Source of the DNA: an uncultured bacterium
GTDB taxonomy: Bacteria > Krumholzibacteriota > Krumholzibacteriia > LZORAL124-64-63
Length of the DNA stretch: 64,000 bases
Reading direction: 5' to 3'
NCBI GenBank assembly: GCA_963727525.1
Contig: CAVSGO010000008.1
Coordinates: 1 to 64,000, forward strand
Within the stretch, counting starts at the first letter, position 1. Each line of letters opens with the position of its first letter. Below the pieces are notes generated by a model. It made no database searches and was not told the DNA's origin. It saw nothing but the letters and a program-made list of their open reading frames with translations. A program made the position numbers and the translations under genes. Positions 50,580-61,395 of this stretch are shown piece by piece.

Positions 50580-50700
50580 CGCTCAATGCTACTGCATTCC
50601 GGCCGATATCCCGGGGGTCGACGCCCCCCGCCGGCGCGCTGTCCGGCCCGTCTGTGGGGGGTGCCCACACCCGAGTCGGGTAAGAGGAAGGGCGCAGGGG

Positions 50701-52002
50701 ATGTTTTCGGAATACCTCCATCACGTGTGCCGTGCCGCCCTGGATGTCCTGTCGCCGGCGGTGGCGGGCGATTTCCTGGCCTGCGATCTCGTGCAGATCG
50801 ATCGCAAGGAATTCGACTTCCAGGCAGTGGCGGCCGCCCACTACACGCAGGGGCCGCTGCGGCGACTGGTCGTGGGGTGTGAGCAGCGCCTCGCGGCGAG
50901 CCTCGCGCAGAAGTGGAATCCCGTGTCCACCGTGACTCCGGTGTCCGGGTTGCAATCATTCTGCGAGCGCCTGCAGGTGCGGCTCGGAGCGGAAGCCTCC
51001 TTCGCAACCCTGGGCGGGCAGACATTCCTGGTGCACGATTCGGATCAATTCCGCGTCTTCTGCGATGGCGCCCGCAACTTTCATTTCCGGGTTGCGTTGG
51101 CCGAGGGACGCCTCGATCTCCTGCTCGACATGGCGCCGCGCAATCTTGGTTGCACCTGGCTCGACACGACGCTGCATGCGGCTGCCCACGACCTCACGGG
51201 AGGCGGAACCGGAGAGGCCGTGGCCGAACCCGCCGTCGTCGAACGCATCATGGTGTATCTCTGCGAGTCGGGAGCGGATGTGCAGGTCAAGGTCACCGGG
51301 ATCGGCGGGCGTCTGGAACTCATGCCAGCGACCTTCATCCAGGGAGGCCTCGATCGCCAGAACCGCGCGCTCACATTGACCTGCGCCCGTCGCCCCGGCG
51401 TGCTCGACGAGCACGAGACTCCGGCGGAGGTCGATCTCGTCTTCATTCTGCAGGAAAAGTTGCTCGAGTGTACGTGTCCGGTGATCGAGCAGCAGCCGGG
51501 CGTGCTGGACGACGACATCGCGTTGCCGGTGCTCAGGCTCGGGTTTCCGCGCGGCGTGGCCTATGGGCAACGGCGTGGCGCGTTCCGAATGACGCCGTCG
51601 ACGCGTATCACCGGCACGATCCAGCGCATGTCGGCGCCGGAAGCTAACCTCGGCCTCGTCCGTGGGCGGATCCCGATGGAAGTGGAAGACATCAGCTACA
51701 CGGGTGTGCGCCTGTCTCTTGCGGCCAATGCCATCCTCTCGGGGTTCAAGGGCGGTGCGCCGGTGGAGTGCCGGTTCCAGCTCCCGTCGCCGACAGGACC
51801 GGTGACGGTGACGGGACTGGTGCGCCGGCTCAGCATGTACAGCGAGGGGAAACTGCAACGCGGCGCGAATCTCGGCGTGGAATTCGATGCCACGATCGGC
51901 CAGACCGAGGAGGGACTCGAGGCGATTCGCCGGTACATTCGCAGTTGCTTCGGATCACCCACCGACGGTGGTGTTTCGTTGGAGCCTTGCTGCCGCTCCT
52001 GA
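50701..52002 (+). CDS. PilZ-domain (c-di-GMP-binding) protein
   Basis: QRRGAFR (RxxxR) and DISYTG (DxSxxG); LGVEF. Confidence 0.82.
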   Translation: MFSEYLHHVCRAALDVLSPAVAGDFLACDLVQIDRKEFDFQAVAAAHYTQGPLRRLVVGCEQRLAASLAQKWNPVSTVTPVSGLQSFCERLQVRLGAEASFATLGGQTFLVHDSDQFRVFCDGARNFHFRVALAEGRLDLLLDMAPRNLGCTWLDTTLHAAAHDLTGGGTGEAVAEPAVVERIMVYLCESGADVQVKVTGIGGRLELMPATFIQGGLDRQNRALTLTCARRPGVLDEHETPAEVDLVFILQEKLLECTCPVIEQQPGVLDDDIALPVLRLGFPRGVAYGQRRGAFRMTPSTRITGTIQRMSAPEANLGLVRGRIPMEVEDISYTGVRLSLAANAILSGFKGGAPVECRFQLPSPTGPVTVTGLVRRLSMYSEGKLQRGANLGVEFDATIGQTEEGLEAIRRYIRSCFGSPTDGGVSLEPCCRS

Positions 52003-52034
52003 GGTTCGCCGGCCGCAGTACGTTGCCCAGAATC

Positions 52035-52068
52035 CACCGGCCGCGGGTGTCGCCACCCGCGGCCGGTG
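52035..52068. terminator. Perfect 15-bp hairpin between convergent genes
   Basis: CACCGGCCGCGGGTG-TCGC-CACCCGCGGCCGGTG. Confidence 0.75.
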
Positions 52069-52094
52069 TCTGTTCCGGTCAGCGATATCACGGC

Positions 52095-53543
<1,449 letters not shown>

Positions 53544-53619
53544 GGTAACCTCCGTATGCTCGTGTTCGCACAGGTCCGCCAGGGGCCGGAGGCTGTGCGT
53601 CATGTGTGTCTACGCTTAT

Positions 53620-53707
53620 GACAGCTATCTGGCGGAAATAGTCACAATCATTTGCCTAAAGCGCCACAACGTTTTTTTTCCGTGACCGTGATACGGTGCG
53701 TGGTGTC
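53620..53707. promoter_or_regulatory. Back-to-back candidate ECF promoters GTGAC-N17-TGTC
   Basis: Same motif and spacing on the minus strand (53620-53645, towards the OmpA gene) and plus strand (53682-53707, towards the sigma gene). Confidence 0.65.
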
Positions 53708-53728
53708 CAAGGGACGAAGGAGACGGAC

Positions 53729-54304
53729 GTGAGTGCGCCAACCGACGACGAACTCGTGCAACGGGCGCAAGCGAACGCCGGGCACGATCTGCGGCCATTC
53801 GAGGAACTCATGCGCCGTCACCAGGCCAAGGTGATGGCAAATTGCCGCTATCTCAGCGGTAGCGCGGATGATGCTCAGGATCTGGCGCAGGAGGTCTTCG
53901 TCAAGGCGTACTTCGGATTGCGCCGCTTCCGGCAGGATGCGGCGTTCGGCACGTGGATCCAGCGCATCAAGGTGAACCACTGTTTGAATTTCTTACGAAA
54001 GAAGAAGGACCGGAAATTCGTGGACGCGGATGATCCCGCCATGGAAGTGGAGCTACCTCTGCAGGTCACGCCACGGGCCCACGAGACTCTCCAGGCTGCG
54101 GATCGGCAGCGTCTCATCGCGGCGGCGCTCGAGCGCGTGCCCGAGACGCTCCGCGTGGCCCTGGTCATGGCGGATCTCGACGAGTTGCCCTATCAGGAGA
54201 TCGCCGACCGCCTCGCCGTGGGGTTGTCGGCAGTGAAAATGCGAATCAAACGCGGTCGGGAGGAATTCCGGCGCATCTATGCCGAGCTGTCGGCGAGGCA
54301 GTGA
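53729..54304 (+). CDS. ECF RNA polymerase sigma factor
   Basis: DDELV; DAQDLAQEVF; FGTWIQRI..N; YQEIA...VKMRIKRGR. Confidence 0.95.
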   Translation: MSAPTDDELVQRAQANAGHDLRPFEELMRRHQAKVMANCRYLSGSADDAQDLAQEVFVKAYFGLRRFRQDAAFGTWIQRIKVNHCLNFLRKKKDRKFVDADDPAMEVELPLQVTPRAHETLQAADRQRLIAAALERVPETLRVALVMADLDELPYQEIADRLAVGLSAVKMRIKRGREEFRRIYAELSARQ

Positions 54305-54333
54305 TGGTGAGCAGGACCGTGGGGAGGTGACGC

Positions 54334-54585
54334 ATGACCGAGGATCATACACCAGGAGCCGATGATGACGTCGACGTGGGCACACCTGTCGTCGAGCTGA
54401 GAGAGTTGCTCGTCATGCCGCCGACCGCGCTGCTCACCAAGGTCCGTGGGAGCATCCATCGCCGTCTGTTCACGGCCGACTCCGTCGATTTCGGTCTCCG
54501 AGGATTCTTCGAGGTCTTCATGGCCTACCTGGATGTCCTGTTCGGGGCTTGCCGCGGCAAGTCCGCCCCCAAGGAGGGACGCTGA
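54334..54585 (+). CDS. Small hypothetical protein after the sigma factor (possible anti-sigma)
   Basis: GGAGG RBS; TGATG coupling to the next gene. Confidence 0.65.
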   Translation: MTEDHTPGADDDVDVGTPVVELRELLVMPPTALLTKVRGSIHRRLFTADSVDFGLRGFFEVFMAYLDVLFGACRGKSAPKEGR

Positions 54586-55406
54586 TGGAAAGCTCGTTCG
54601 ACATCGTCGGTGCAGCGCGCAGCGTCCTGCAGGATCTCGTGACGGCATTCGTCGACTTCGTGCCCCGCTTCGTGACGGCCGTGATCGTGATCATCCTGGG
54701 CCTCGTGGTCGCGAAGATCGCCGAGCGCACGATCAAGGTCGTGGCCGAGCGCATGAAGTTCGACACCGGCCTGGAGCGGCTCGGCATCACCCTGGCGCTG
54801 CGCCGGGTGGGGCTCACGGGCTCGCCGGCCCGCCTCGTGGCGCGCACGGTCTACCTGCTCCTGGTCATCCTCTTCACGCAGACCGTATGCCGGGCCGTGG
54901 GACTGGAGGTCGTCGCCGAGGCCATCGCGTCGTTCTTCCATTACCTCCCGAACCTGGTCGCAGCTTTCCTCGTCCTGTTGCTGGGCATGATCTTCGCGCA
55001 GTTCCTCGCGCGCACCGTGGCCGTATCGGCCGAGGACGCGGGGATCGACTACGGACCGCTGCTCGGGCGCGCGGTCTCGACGCTGGTCATGTTCGTCGTC
55101 GTGGTCATGGCCCTCGGCCAGCTACGGATCGACACGCAGATCATTCGCCTGGTCGTCCTGGTCATGCTGTCGGGCGCGGCGATCGCGATGGCCCTGAGCT
55201 TCGGCCTGGGCTCGCGGGACATCACCCGCAATCTCGTCGCGGGATTCTACGTGCGGCGATTCGTGCGTGAGGGCGAGATGCTGGAGATCGATTCCGTGAG
55301 CGGCGTGGTCGTGGGGGTCACGCCGTTGCAGACACTCGTCGAGCAAGAGGGACGTACGCTGGCGATCCCGAACCAGGTGTTTCTGGACAAGGTCGCCCGA
55401 CATTGA
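54585..55406 (+). CDS. MscS-like membrane protein with conserved TM-helix repeats
   Basis: FVPRFVTA and YLPNLVAA repeats; SFGLG.R...NLVAG; IPN. Confidence 0.85.
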   Translation: MESSFDIVGAARSVLQDLVTAFVDFVPRFVTAVIVIILGLVVAKIAERTIKVVAERMKFDTGLERLGITLALRRVGLTGSPARLVARTVYLLLVILFTQTVCRAVGLEVVAEAIASFFHYLPNLVAAFLVLLLGMIFAQFLARTVAVSAEDAGIDYGPLLGRAVSTLVMFVVVVMALGQLRIDTQIIRLVVLVMLSGAAIAMALSFGLGSRDITRNLVAGFYVRRFVREGEMLEIDSVSGVVVGVTPLQTLVEQEGRTLAIPNQVFLDKVARH

Positions 55407-55468
55407 TGGTTGCGGAATCGGCGTGACGATATGACCCTGGAACCTCGCGCCACGGAAGGAGAGACGTC

Positions 55469-56302
55469 GTGAATCTCGACCCGAATCAGCTCAAGAACGG
55501 ACTGGGATCGCTCTGGGCTTACTTGCAGGTCTACGGGCTGAAGGTCCTGGGCGCCTTCGTCATCCTCATCGTCGGGCGGCTCGTGGCCGGCAGCGTGCGC
55601 CGCTCGGTCGCGGCCGTCGGCGTACGCCGCAACTGGGATCCTGGACTCATCGGTTTCGTCGGCAGCCTGGCCTATTTCTTCGTCATGGCCTTCACGCTGG
55701 TGGCGGTGCTGGGCAGCTTCGGCGTGCAGACCGCATCGCTCGTGGCCGTGCTGGGCGCGGCGAGCTTTGCCGTGGGCCTCGCGCTGCAGGGAAGCCTCTC
55801 GAATTTCGCCGCTGGCGTGATGCTGATGATCTTCCGCCCCTTCAAGGTGGGCGACTACATCGACGCGGCGGGCGTGGCCGGCAGCGTCAAGGAGATCGGG
55901 ATCTTCAGCACGACGCTGGCGACGCCGGACAACGTGCTCATCACGGTTCCCAACAGCAAGCTCTATGGTGACACCATCAAGAACTACGCGGGTTACACGA
56001 CCCGTCGCATCGACTTGACCATCGGCATCAGCTACAAGGACGACATCGGCCAGGCGATCGCCGCCATCGACGAGGTTGTCCGAAGCGATGCCCGGGTGCT
56101 GGCGGAACCGGCACCAATGATCGCGGTGGGCGCCCTGGGCGCCTCGAGCGTCGACCTCGTGGTGCGGCCATGGGTCAACGTCCCCGACTACTGGGATGTC
56201 CGTTTCGCGCTCACCCGGCAGATCAAGGAGAGCCTCGACGCTGCCGGGATCGAGATTCCATTCCCGCAAACCGTCGTCACGATGATTCAACCCGAACATT
56301 GA
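55469..56302 (+). CDS. mscS: Small-conductance mechanosensitive channel
   Basis: GLALQGSLSNFAAG; RPFKVGD; VPNS; GIEIPFPQ. Confidence 0.95.
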   Translation: MNLDPNQLKNGLGSLWAYLQVYGLKVLGAFVILIVGRLVAGSVRRSVAAVGVRRNWDPGLIGFVGSLAYFFVMAFTLVAVLGSFGVQTASLVAVLGAASFAVGLALQGSLSNFAAGVMLMIFRPFKVGDYIDAAGVAGSVKEIGIFSTTLATPDNVLITVPNSKLYGDTIKNYAGYTTRRIDLTIGISYKDDIGQAIAAIDEVVRSDARVLAEPAPMIAVGALGASSVDLVVRPWVNVPDYWDVRFALTRQIKESLDAAGIEIPFPQTVVTMIQPEH

Positions 56303-56388
56303 CCGTCGCCCGGAACCACCGTCGACCAGTGGTTCCGCCCAAACACACCGCGGGCGATCGGGCGACGGTACGTCGAAAGGACTCGTCC

Positions 56389-57429
56389 ATGAAGATCCTG
56401 CGAAGGATGATCGCGCTCTCGCTCTCGCTGGCGTCGCTTACGCTGTTCCTGGCCCCGGCGGTGGCGCGCGCCGAAGAGGACGCCCCACCGCCGCCCATCG
56501 GCGAGTGGCAGCGCGAGGCCAAGCTCGGCGTGAACCTCCTGCAGAGCTACTATACGCGGAACTGGAACGGGGCCGACAAGGGCTCGATCGTGTGGGCCGC
56601 CAACTTCGACTACCTCGCCCAGAACCAGCTCACCGAGAAGTGGAACTGGCGCAACACGCTGAACCTCGCCTTCGGCCAGACGCACCAGCAGGATCGCGAC
56701 GCCAACGGCGAACTCGTGTGGCGCAAGCCCGACAAGACCACGGACCTGATCCAGTTCGAATCGCTTTTCCGCTACTCGCTCGATGGCTGGGACCCGTACC
56801 TCAGCCTGGACTTCGAGAGCCAGTTCCAGGACCAGACCGACGCTTCTGACCGCTCGATCGCGTTCAACCCGATGAAATTCACCGAGGCGGTCGGTATCTC
56901 GCGTATGCTCATCAATCAGGGCGATCGGCAGCTCATGAGCCGGGTCGGATTCGCGATGCACGAGAATAGCCGCAAGTTCTTCCTCAGCGCGCCGCCCGAC
57001 AACGCGAAGAAGAGCTACAGCTCCACCGACGGCGGCGCCGAGCTGATCTTCGAGTACAAGGACAAGATCCTGGAAGATCGCGTCGAGTACGCCAGCAAGC
57101 TCGGTCTCTACCAGCCATTCTTCTACAGCGGCAAGTCGGATCTCCAGGATCTGAGCGACGCCGACCTGACGACGGCCGGTCTGCCGACGGATGTGGCCGA
57201 CTACACCGTCGCCCTCGACGCCGACTGGGAGAACACCTTCGTCACCCACATCACCAAGGTCATCAACGTGCAGCTCTACCTGCGCTGGATGTATGACAAG
57301 TACGACAACACGGTGAAGCCTGCGGTCGAGAACGGCACCATCGTCAACGGTGCGGCCGTGAAGTCGGCGATCCGCAAGGCCGGACAGTTCAAGCAGACGA
57401 TGAGCATCGGGCTGGCGTACACGTTCTAG
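56389..57429 (+). CDS. DUF3078-like outer-membrane beta-barrel protein
   Basis: Signal peptide; QSYY..NW.G; W.NTLNLAFGQ; QFKQTMSIGLAYTF. Confidence 0.8.
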   Translation: MKILRRMIALSLSLASLTLFLAPAVARAEEDAPPPPIGEWQREAKLGVNLLQSYYTRNWNGADKGSIVWAANFDYLAQNQLTEKWNWRNTLNLAFGQTHQQDRDANGELVWRKPDKTTDLIQFESLFRYSLDGWDPYLSLDFESQFQDQTDASDRSIAFNPMKFTEAVGISRMLINQGDRQLMSRVGFAMHENSRKFFLSAPPDNAKKSYSSTDGGAELIFEYKDKILEDRVEYASKLGLYQPFFYSGKSDLQDLSDADLTTAGLPTDVADYTVALDADWENTFVTHITKVINVQLYLRWMYDKYDNTVKPAVENGTIVNGAAVKSAIRKAGQFKQTMSIGLAYTF

Positions 57430-57452
57430 TGTCCGGCCACGTAGCCATACGC

Positions 57453-57486
57453 AGCGGGTCTCCGACCAGTCCGGGGGCCCGCTTTT
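57453..57486 (+). terminator. Intrinsic terminator
   Basis: AGCGGGTCTCCG-N7-CGGGGGCCCGCT followed by T-run. Confidence 0.7.
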
Positions 57487-57573
57487 CGTTGACGCCGGGC
57501 CGCCCAGCCGCTAACTTCGCCGAGTTGATTGCGTCTATCCGTTCCCATATCGCAGAAGGCTGGAGGTCCAGGA

Positions 57574-58281
57574 ATGCGGGTGGCCAGTAGTGAGCGTTCC
57601 CGTGTCAGAGTGTGCCCCTCGCTGATCATATCGCTTCTCGTGGTTCTGCTCGCGACGACCGCCCTGGCCCGCTCGGCGCCAGATCCTAGCGATGCGCGGG
57701 TCTTTCTCGGCACCTGGATCTTCGATATGGGATACCAGGTGGACAGTCTGAACGACATCGGCGGCCCCACGCACTTCTTTTCCAGCCGTTTCCAGAACTA
57801 TGCCGGCGGGCGCATCGTCGGCCACTCGGGCACGAAACGCGGCCGCCGGATCTGGCTGGGCAAGTTCGGCGGTCTCGCGTGGACGCAAAGCAAGTTCAAG
57901 CTCGACTGGGAAGTGCCCGACGTGATGTCGCTCGACCCGCTGAAGGCCTCCCTCCTCAGCTTCGCGTTCCCGATCGGGATGGAGCTCAACCTCGCTCTGG
58001 GAAAGGTGCTGCACATCGCACCCTACGCCTCGGTGACGTGGCTGTACCAGAACATGAAGGTGACGATCAGCGACAAGGATTTTCACGGCAGCGTGAGCAA
58101 GCTCGCGCTCACCGCCGGCGCCGAAGCCTCTGTGAACCTCGGGAAATTCCTTGTCACCGCCGGCGCGGGCCGTGTGCAGGTCGTGGGCAAGGATGTCGAT
58201 TTCGATGTCGATGACGTGACGTTCACCGGCCGGTACACATCGCACTCTACGGAGTATTTCGCGGGGGTGACGCTGCGATGA
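57574..58281 (+). CDS. Hypothetical outer-membrane beta-barrel protein
   Basis: Hydrophobic signal ending ALA; alternating beta strands; C-terminal YFAGVTLR; start uncertain. Confidence 0.65.
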   Translation: MRVASSERSRVRVCPSLIISLLVVLLATTALARSAPDPSDARVFLGTWIFDMGYQVDSLNDIGGPTHFFSSRFQNYAGGRIVGHSGTKRGRRIWLGKFGGLAWTQSKFKLDWEVPDVMSLDPLKASLLSFAFPIGMELNLALGKVLHIAPYASVTWLYQNMKVTISDKDFHGSVSKLALTAGAEASVNLGKFLVTAGAGRVQVVGKDVDFDVDDVTFTGRYTSHSTEYFAGVTLR

Positions 58282-58670
58282 AGATCTGGCGGACAGACTC
58301 GTGGTTCGGACTCTGCGCCGTCGCGTGTGTCGTACTCGGCCTGGGAGGCTGCGCCCCACTCCCTCTCGGCAACGATGCGCCCGATCTGCCGGTGATCAGC
58401 TCCACCGGAGTCCTCATACCCAGCTACGGCGTCCCGGTGGACGTGACCGTGGTCGACCCCGACGGTGACCGTGTCGCGGTGCAGTTCCGCGTCTTTTCCG
58501 GACCCACGCCCTCGGATTCGAACTGGACCGTCTACGTGGACAGCGGCACGACGAACACGTTCTACCTCAACCTCGCAGCCGGATCCTACACGCTCCAGGT
58601 CCGCGCCCGCGACGAGCTCGACGAGACGTCGGGCTATGCGGAGATGCCCCTGGTCGTCACGACGAAATGA
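58278..58670 (+). CDS. Small Ig-like lipoprotein
   Basis: Lipobox LGGC; NDAP...DPDGD...GSYTLQVRARD. Confidence 0.8.
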   Translation: MKIWRTDSWFGLCAVACVVLGLGGCAPLPLGNDAPDLPVISSTGVLIPSYGVPVDVTVVDPDGDRVAVQFRVFSGPTPSDSNWTVYVDSGTTNTFYLNLAAGSYTLQVRARDELDETSGYAEMPLVVTTK

Positions 58671-58777
58671 CCGCATCCGCTCCGGGCTAAGGCCTTCCCG
58701 CCTCCGTGCCGACAATCGAGACCAGGACTGCCCCGCACGGGACGAGGTCAGCGTGCGTGCGGTCGAGGAGGTTGCGC

Positions 58778-59650
58778 ATGGAAACGCTGCCGACGCATGA
58801 GTGCCGGATCGCGGTGGGCGAGGTCGTCCTCTCGCTGGCGTGCCCGACGGCTGCCTACGCGGCATCGATGCGCGAGTACTTCGTCACCGGCGTCACGGCG
58901 GCGCCGCCCGACGTGCGGCTGCGTCTGGAATTGATCGAGGACACACCCCAGCGACCCGTGCCGAACTCGCTGGTGGCGACGAAGCGCCTCGCCGACGGCG
59001 GATTCGCCATCGCGGACGATCTCGTCACCGGCGCCTACGATGCCGCCGGCGGCGAGGGTTGGCTGCGCGTGCAGTGGTACCTCACGAAGGCACAGCTCAC
59101 GCGGGTCTTCGAACAGATACTCTACCAGGCATTCTATTCCGCCCGTGCACGGCGCGGCTACGACGCCATGCTGCTGCACGCGAGCGCGGTGATCCGCGAC
59201 GGCGACGGTTTCCTCTTCGTCGGGGCGTCGGGCCGCGGCAAGTCGACAGTCGCCGATTTGAGCCGCTCCTGCACCGTCCTCAATGACGAAGTGGCGCTGG
59301 TGGAGTTCACGCCGGCGGGTCCGGAGTTGCGCAGTACGCCGTTCAACGGCCTCTACCGCGACAAGCATGCGGGCCAGGCGCCGCTGCGGGCCGTGTTCCT
59401 GCTCGCCCATGGTCGCGACCATCACCTCGAGGCCGTGAGCGCGGGTGCGGCGGTAGCAGAGATCACCGCGCAGGTGATCGCACCCGTCGCGCTCGAGGAC
59501 ACCCTGAATCCCCGGACGAGTCAGCTCATGCTCGACGCGGCCAGCCATCTCGTCGGCGCGGCGCCGGTGCGGCGGCTCGTCTTCACCCCGGACGCCGGTT
59601 TCTGGCAGGCCATCGACGGAGCCTTCCCGCCGGCAGGAGGTCTCTCGTGA
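58778..59650 (+). CDS. HprK-related P-loop kinase
   Basis: GGAGG RBS; LLHASAV; GASGRGKST; LNDE; STPF. Confidence 0.85.
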   Translation: METLPTHECRIAVGEVVLSLACPTAAYAASMREYFVTGVTAAPPDVRLRLELIEDTPQRPVPNSLVATKRLADGGFAIADDLVTGAYDAAGGEGWLRVQWYLTKAQLTRVFEQILYQAFYSARARRGYDAMLLHASAVIRDGDGFLFVGASGRGKSTVADLSRSCTVLNDEVALVEFTPAGPELRSTPFNGLYRDKHAGQAPLRAVFLLAHGRDHHLEAVSAGAAVAEITAQVIAPVALEDTLNPRTSQLMLDAASHLVGAAPVRRLVFTPDAGFWQAIDGAFPPAGGLS

Positions 59651-59928
59651 TCCAGCTCTCGACCATCGCGCACAGGAACGAGGAGTTCTGCGAGCGCACA
59701 CTCGGCGACGAGACGATCTTCCTCTCGCCCGACGGTCAGCAGGTGCACGCGCTCAACGCCGTGGGCACGGACATCTGGGCCATGATCGACGGCAGCGCCA
59801 CGTTCGCCGAGATCCGCGACCGCATCTGCGTCGAGTACGACGTGCCCAGCGACCGCGCCGAGCGCGATCTCCTGGCATTCGCGAACGAGCTGGCCACCAA
59901 GCACCTCCTGATCCTGGAGTCGGCATGA
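59647..59928 (+). CDS. PqqD-family RiPP recognition element (RRE)
   Basis: 93 aa; LNAVG..IW..IDG...I...I..EYDV...AERDL..F..EL; GTGA overlap. Confidence 0.93.
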   Translation: MIQLSTIAHRNEEFCERTLGDETIFLSPDGQQVHALNAVGTDIWAMIDGSATFAEIRDRICVEYDVPSDRAERDLLAFANELATKHLLILESA

Positions 59929-60947
59929 CCGGTCTGCGCGACGAGATCTTTGGGCGCTACGCCGCCGAGAACCGGCTCCACGCGGCGATGATCGAGCTGA
60001 CGCATCGCTGCCCCTGCGATTGCCAGCATTGCTTCCTCGTGCGCGACGGCCGCGACGAGCTGACGACCGCCGAGGTGCTCGACCTGCTCGATCAGCTTCG
60101 CGAGGAGGGCGCCTTCAACCTGGGGCTCACCGGTGGCGAGCCGTTCCTGCGGCGCGACCTGCCGGAGATCCTCGCGCGCGCCCACACGCATCGCTTCTTC
60201 GTGTCCATCCTCACGACGGCGCTCACGATCGGCCCGGCGGAAGTGGCGATGCTCCAGGAGCACCGGGTGCAGCGGCTGGAGGTGTCGCTGCTGGGGGCCA
60301 CGGCTGCCACCCATGACGCGATCATGCGGCGTCCGGGAGCGTTCGCGCGCACGCTGCAAGCCGTGTCCCTGCTCGTGGCCGGCGGCCTCGACGTGCGGCT
60401 GAAGACCACCGTGCTGCGCCCCAACCGCCACGAACTGCCGGCGATCCGCGAACTGGCGCGCGGTCTGGGGGCGCACTACGAGGCCAATATCGTGGTGTCG
60501 CCCCGCATCGATGGCGACCGCGAACCCCTCGACCTCGCGCTCACGCAGGCCGAACTGGTCGACATCGATCCGTCGTTTCTCAATGCCGGGCCGATCCCGG
60601 GCGAGGATCCGTCGGCTGGAGCTGTCCTCGTCTGCAAGGCCGGCCGCACGGTGGCGGCGATCGGGCCGCGCGGCGAGGTGTATCCGTGTCTGCTCTTTCG
60701 CCGGCCGGTGGGCAACCTCCGGGAGCGATCGCTGCGCGGGATCCTGCACGATGCGCCCGATCCGTTCCTGACGGAGCTACGCGCGCTCGAACCGGCGGAC
60801 ATCACGGGTTGCCGGACCTGCGCGCTGCAGGCGCGTTGCCAGCGTTGTCCGGGCATCACGTACCTGGAAACGGGGGATGTGCGGCGGGCGTCGCCGTCGG
60901 CGTGCGCCCTCGCCGAGGGCTTGCATCAGCTCCAGAAAAACGACTGA
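59925..60947 (+). CDS. Radical SAM/SPASM-domain protein
   Basis: CPCDCQHC (CxxxCxxC); TGGEP; CKAG...GEVYPC...GNL...CRTC...CQRC...C; ATGA overlap. Confidence 0.93.
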   Translation: MTGLRDEIFGRYAAENRLHAAMIELTHRCPCDCQHCFLVRDGRDELTTAEVLDLLDQLREEGAFNLGLTGGEPFLRRDLPEILARAHTHRFFVSILTTALTIGPAEVAMLQEHRVQRLEVSLLGATAATHDAIMRRPGAFARTLQAVSLLVAGGLDVRLKTTVLRPNRHELPAIRELARGLGAHYEANIVVSPRIDGDREPLDLALTQAELVDIDPSFLNAGPIPGEDPSAGAVLVCKAGRTVAAIGPRGEVYPCLLFRRPVGNLRERSLRGILHDAPDPFLTELRALEPADITGCRTCALQARCQRCPGITYLETGDVRRASPSACALAEGLHQLQKND

Positions 60948-60972
60948 CCCCTTCGCGCGAGGGGGTCAGTCG
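60941..60972. terminator. Hairpin between the rSAM gene and the convergent peptide gene
   Basis: CGACTGACCCCTTCG-CG-CGAGGGGGTCAGTCG. Confidence 0.7.
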
Positions 60973-60994
60973 ATCTCTGATTCGTGCGTCGAGC

Positions 60995-61153
60995 CTAGCT
61001 GCAGCACCAGTGGAAGAGCGGATTCAGGAAGTGGATGGGCGTGCAACCCCCACCACCGCCACCCTCGCTACTGCCGTAGTCGCCGTATACGCCGGCCTCG
61101 ATGCCCTCGGTACGGATCTGCGGCTCCGCATACACTTTCTTGGTCGTGTCCAT
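60995..61153 (-). CDS. 52-aa RiPP precursor-like peptide (not in the ORF track)
   Basis: Manual translation: MDTTKKVYAEPQIRTEGIEAGVYGDYGSSEGGGGGGCTPIHFLNPLFHWCCS; KKxYxxPxI leader; GAGG upstream; adjacent to RRE/rSAM genes. Confidence 0.85.
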   Translation of the reverse strand: MDTTKKVYAEPQIRTEGIEAGVYGDYGSSEGGGGGGCTPIHFLNPLFHWCCS

Positions 61154-61395
61154 GATGGGTCTGCCTCTGGTTGTTTGGCCTTGGTTGTCGTGGACCGGGG
61201 CCCAAACCGATTCGATTTGTCCCGCGATTTGATGATATAGTATTATAAATCATGTATAGGGACAAAATCAAGGTCATTCTGATGGGCGAAGATCATGAGG
61301 CTTGGCGTGGCCCTTGTTCGGGTCACGACCGTCTCGAGACGCAGGGTTCCCGGTACGGGCGCTCGACGGCCTGGCGAGGTGCGGGAGGTATCGTG

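Noticed and set aside
58778-61153. PQQ biosynthesis or a lasso peptide cluster
   Set aside because: No pqqB/pqqC and no PqqA ExxxY core; no lasso cyclase or B2 protease in the window
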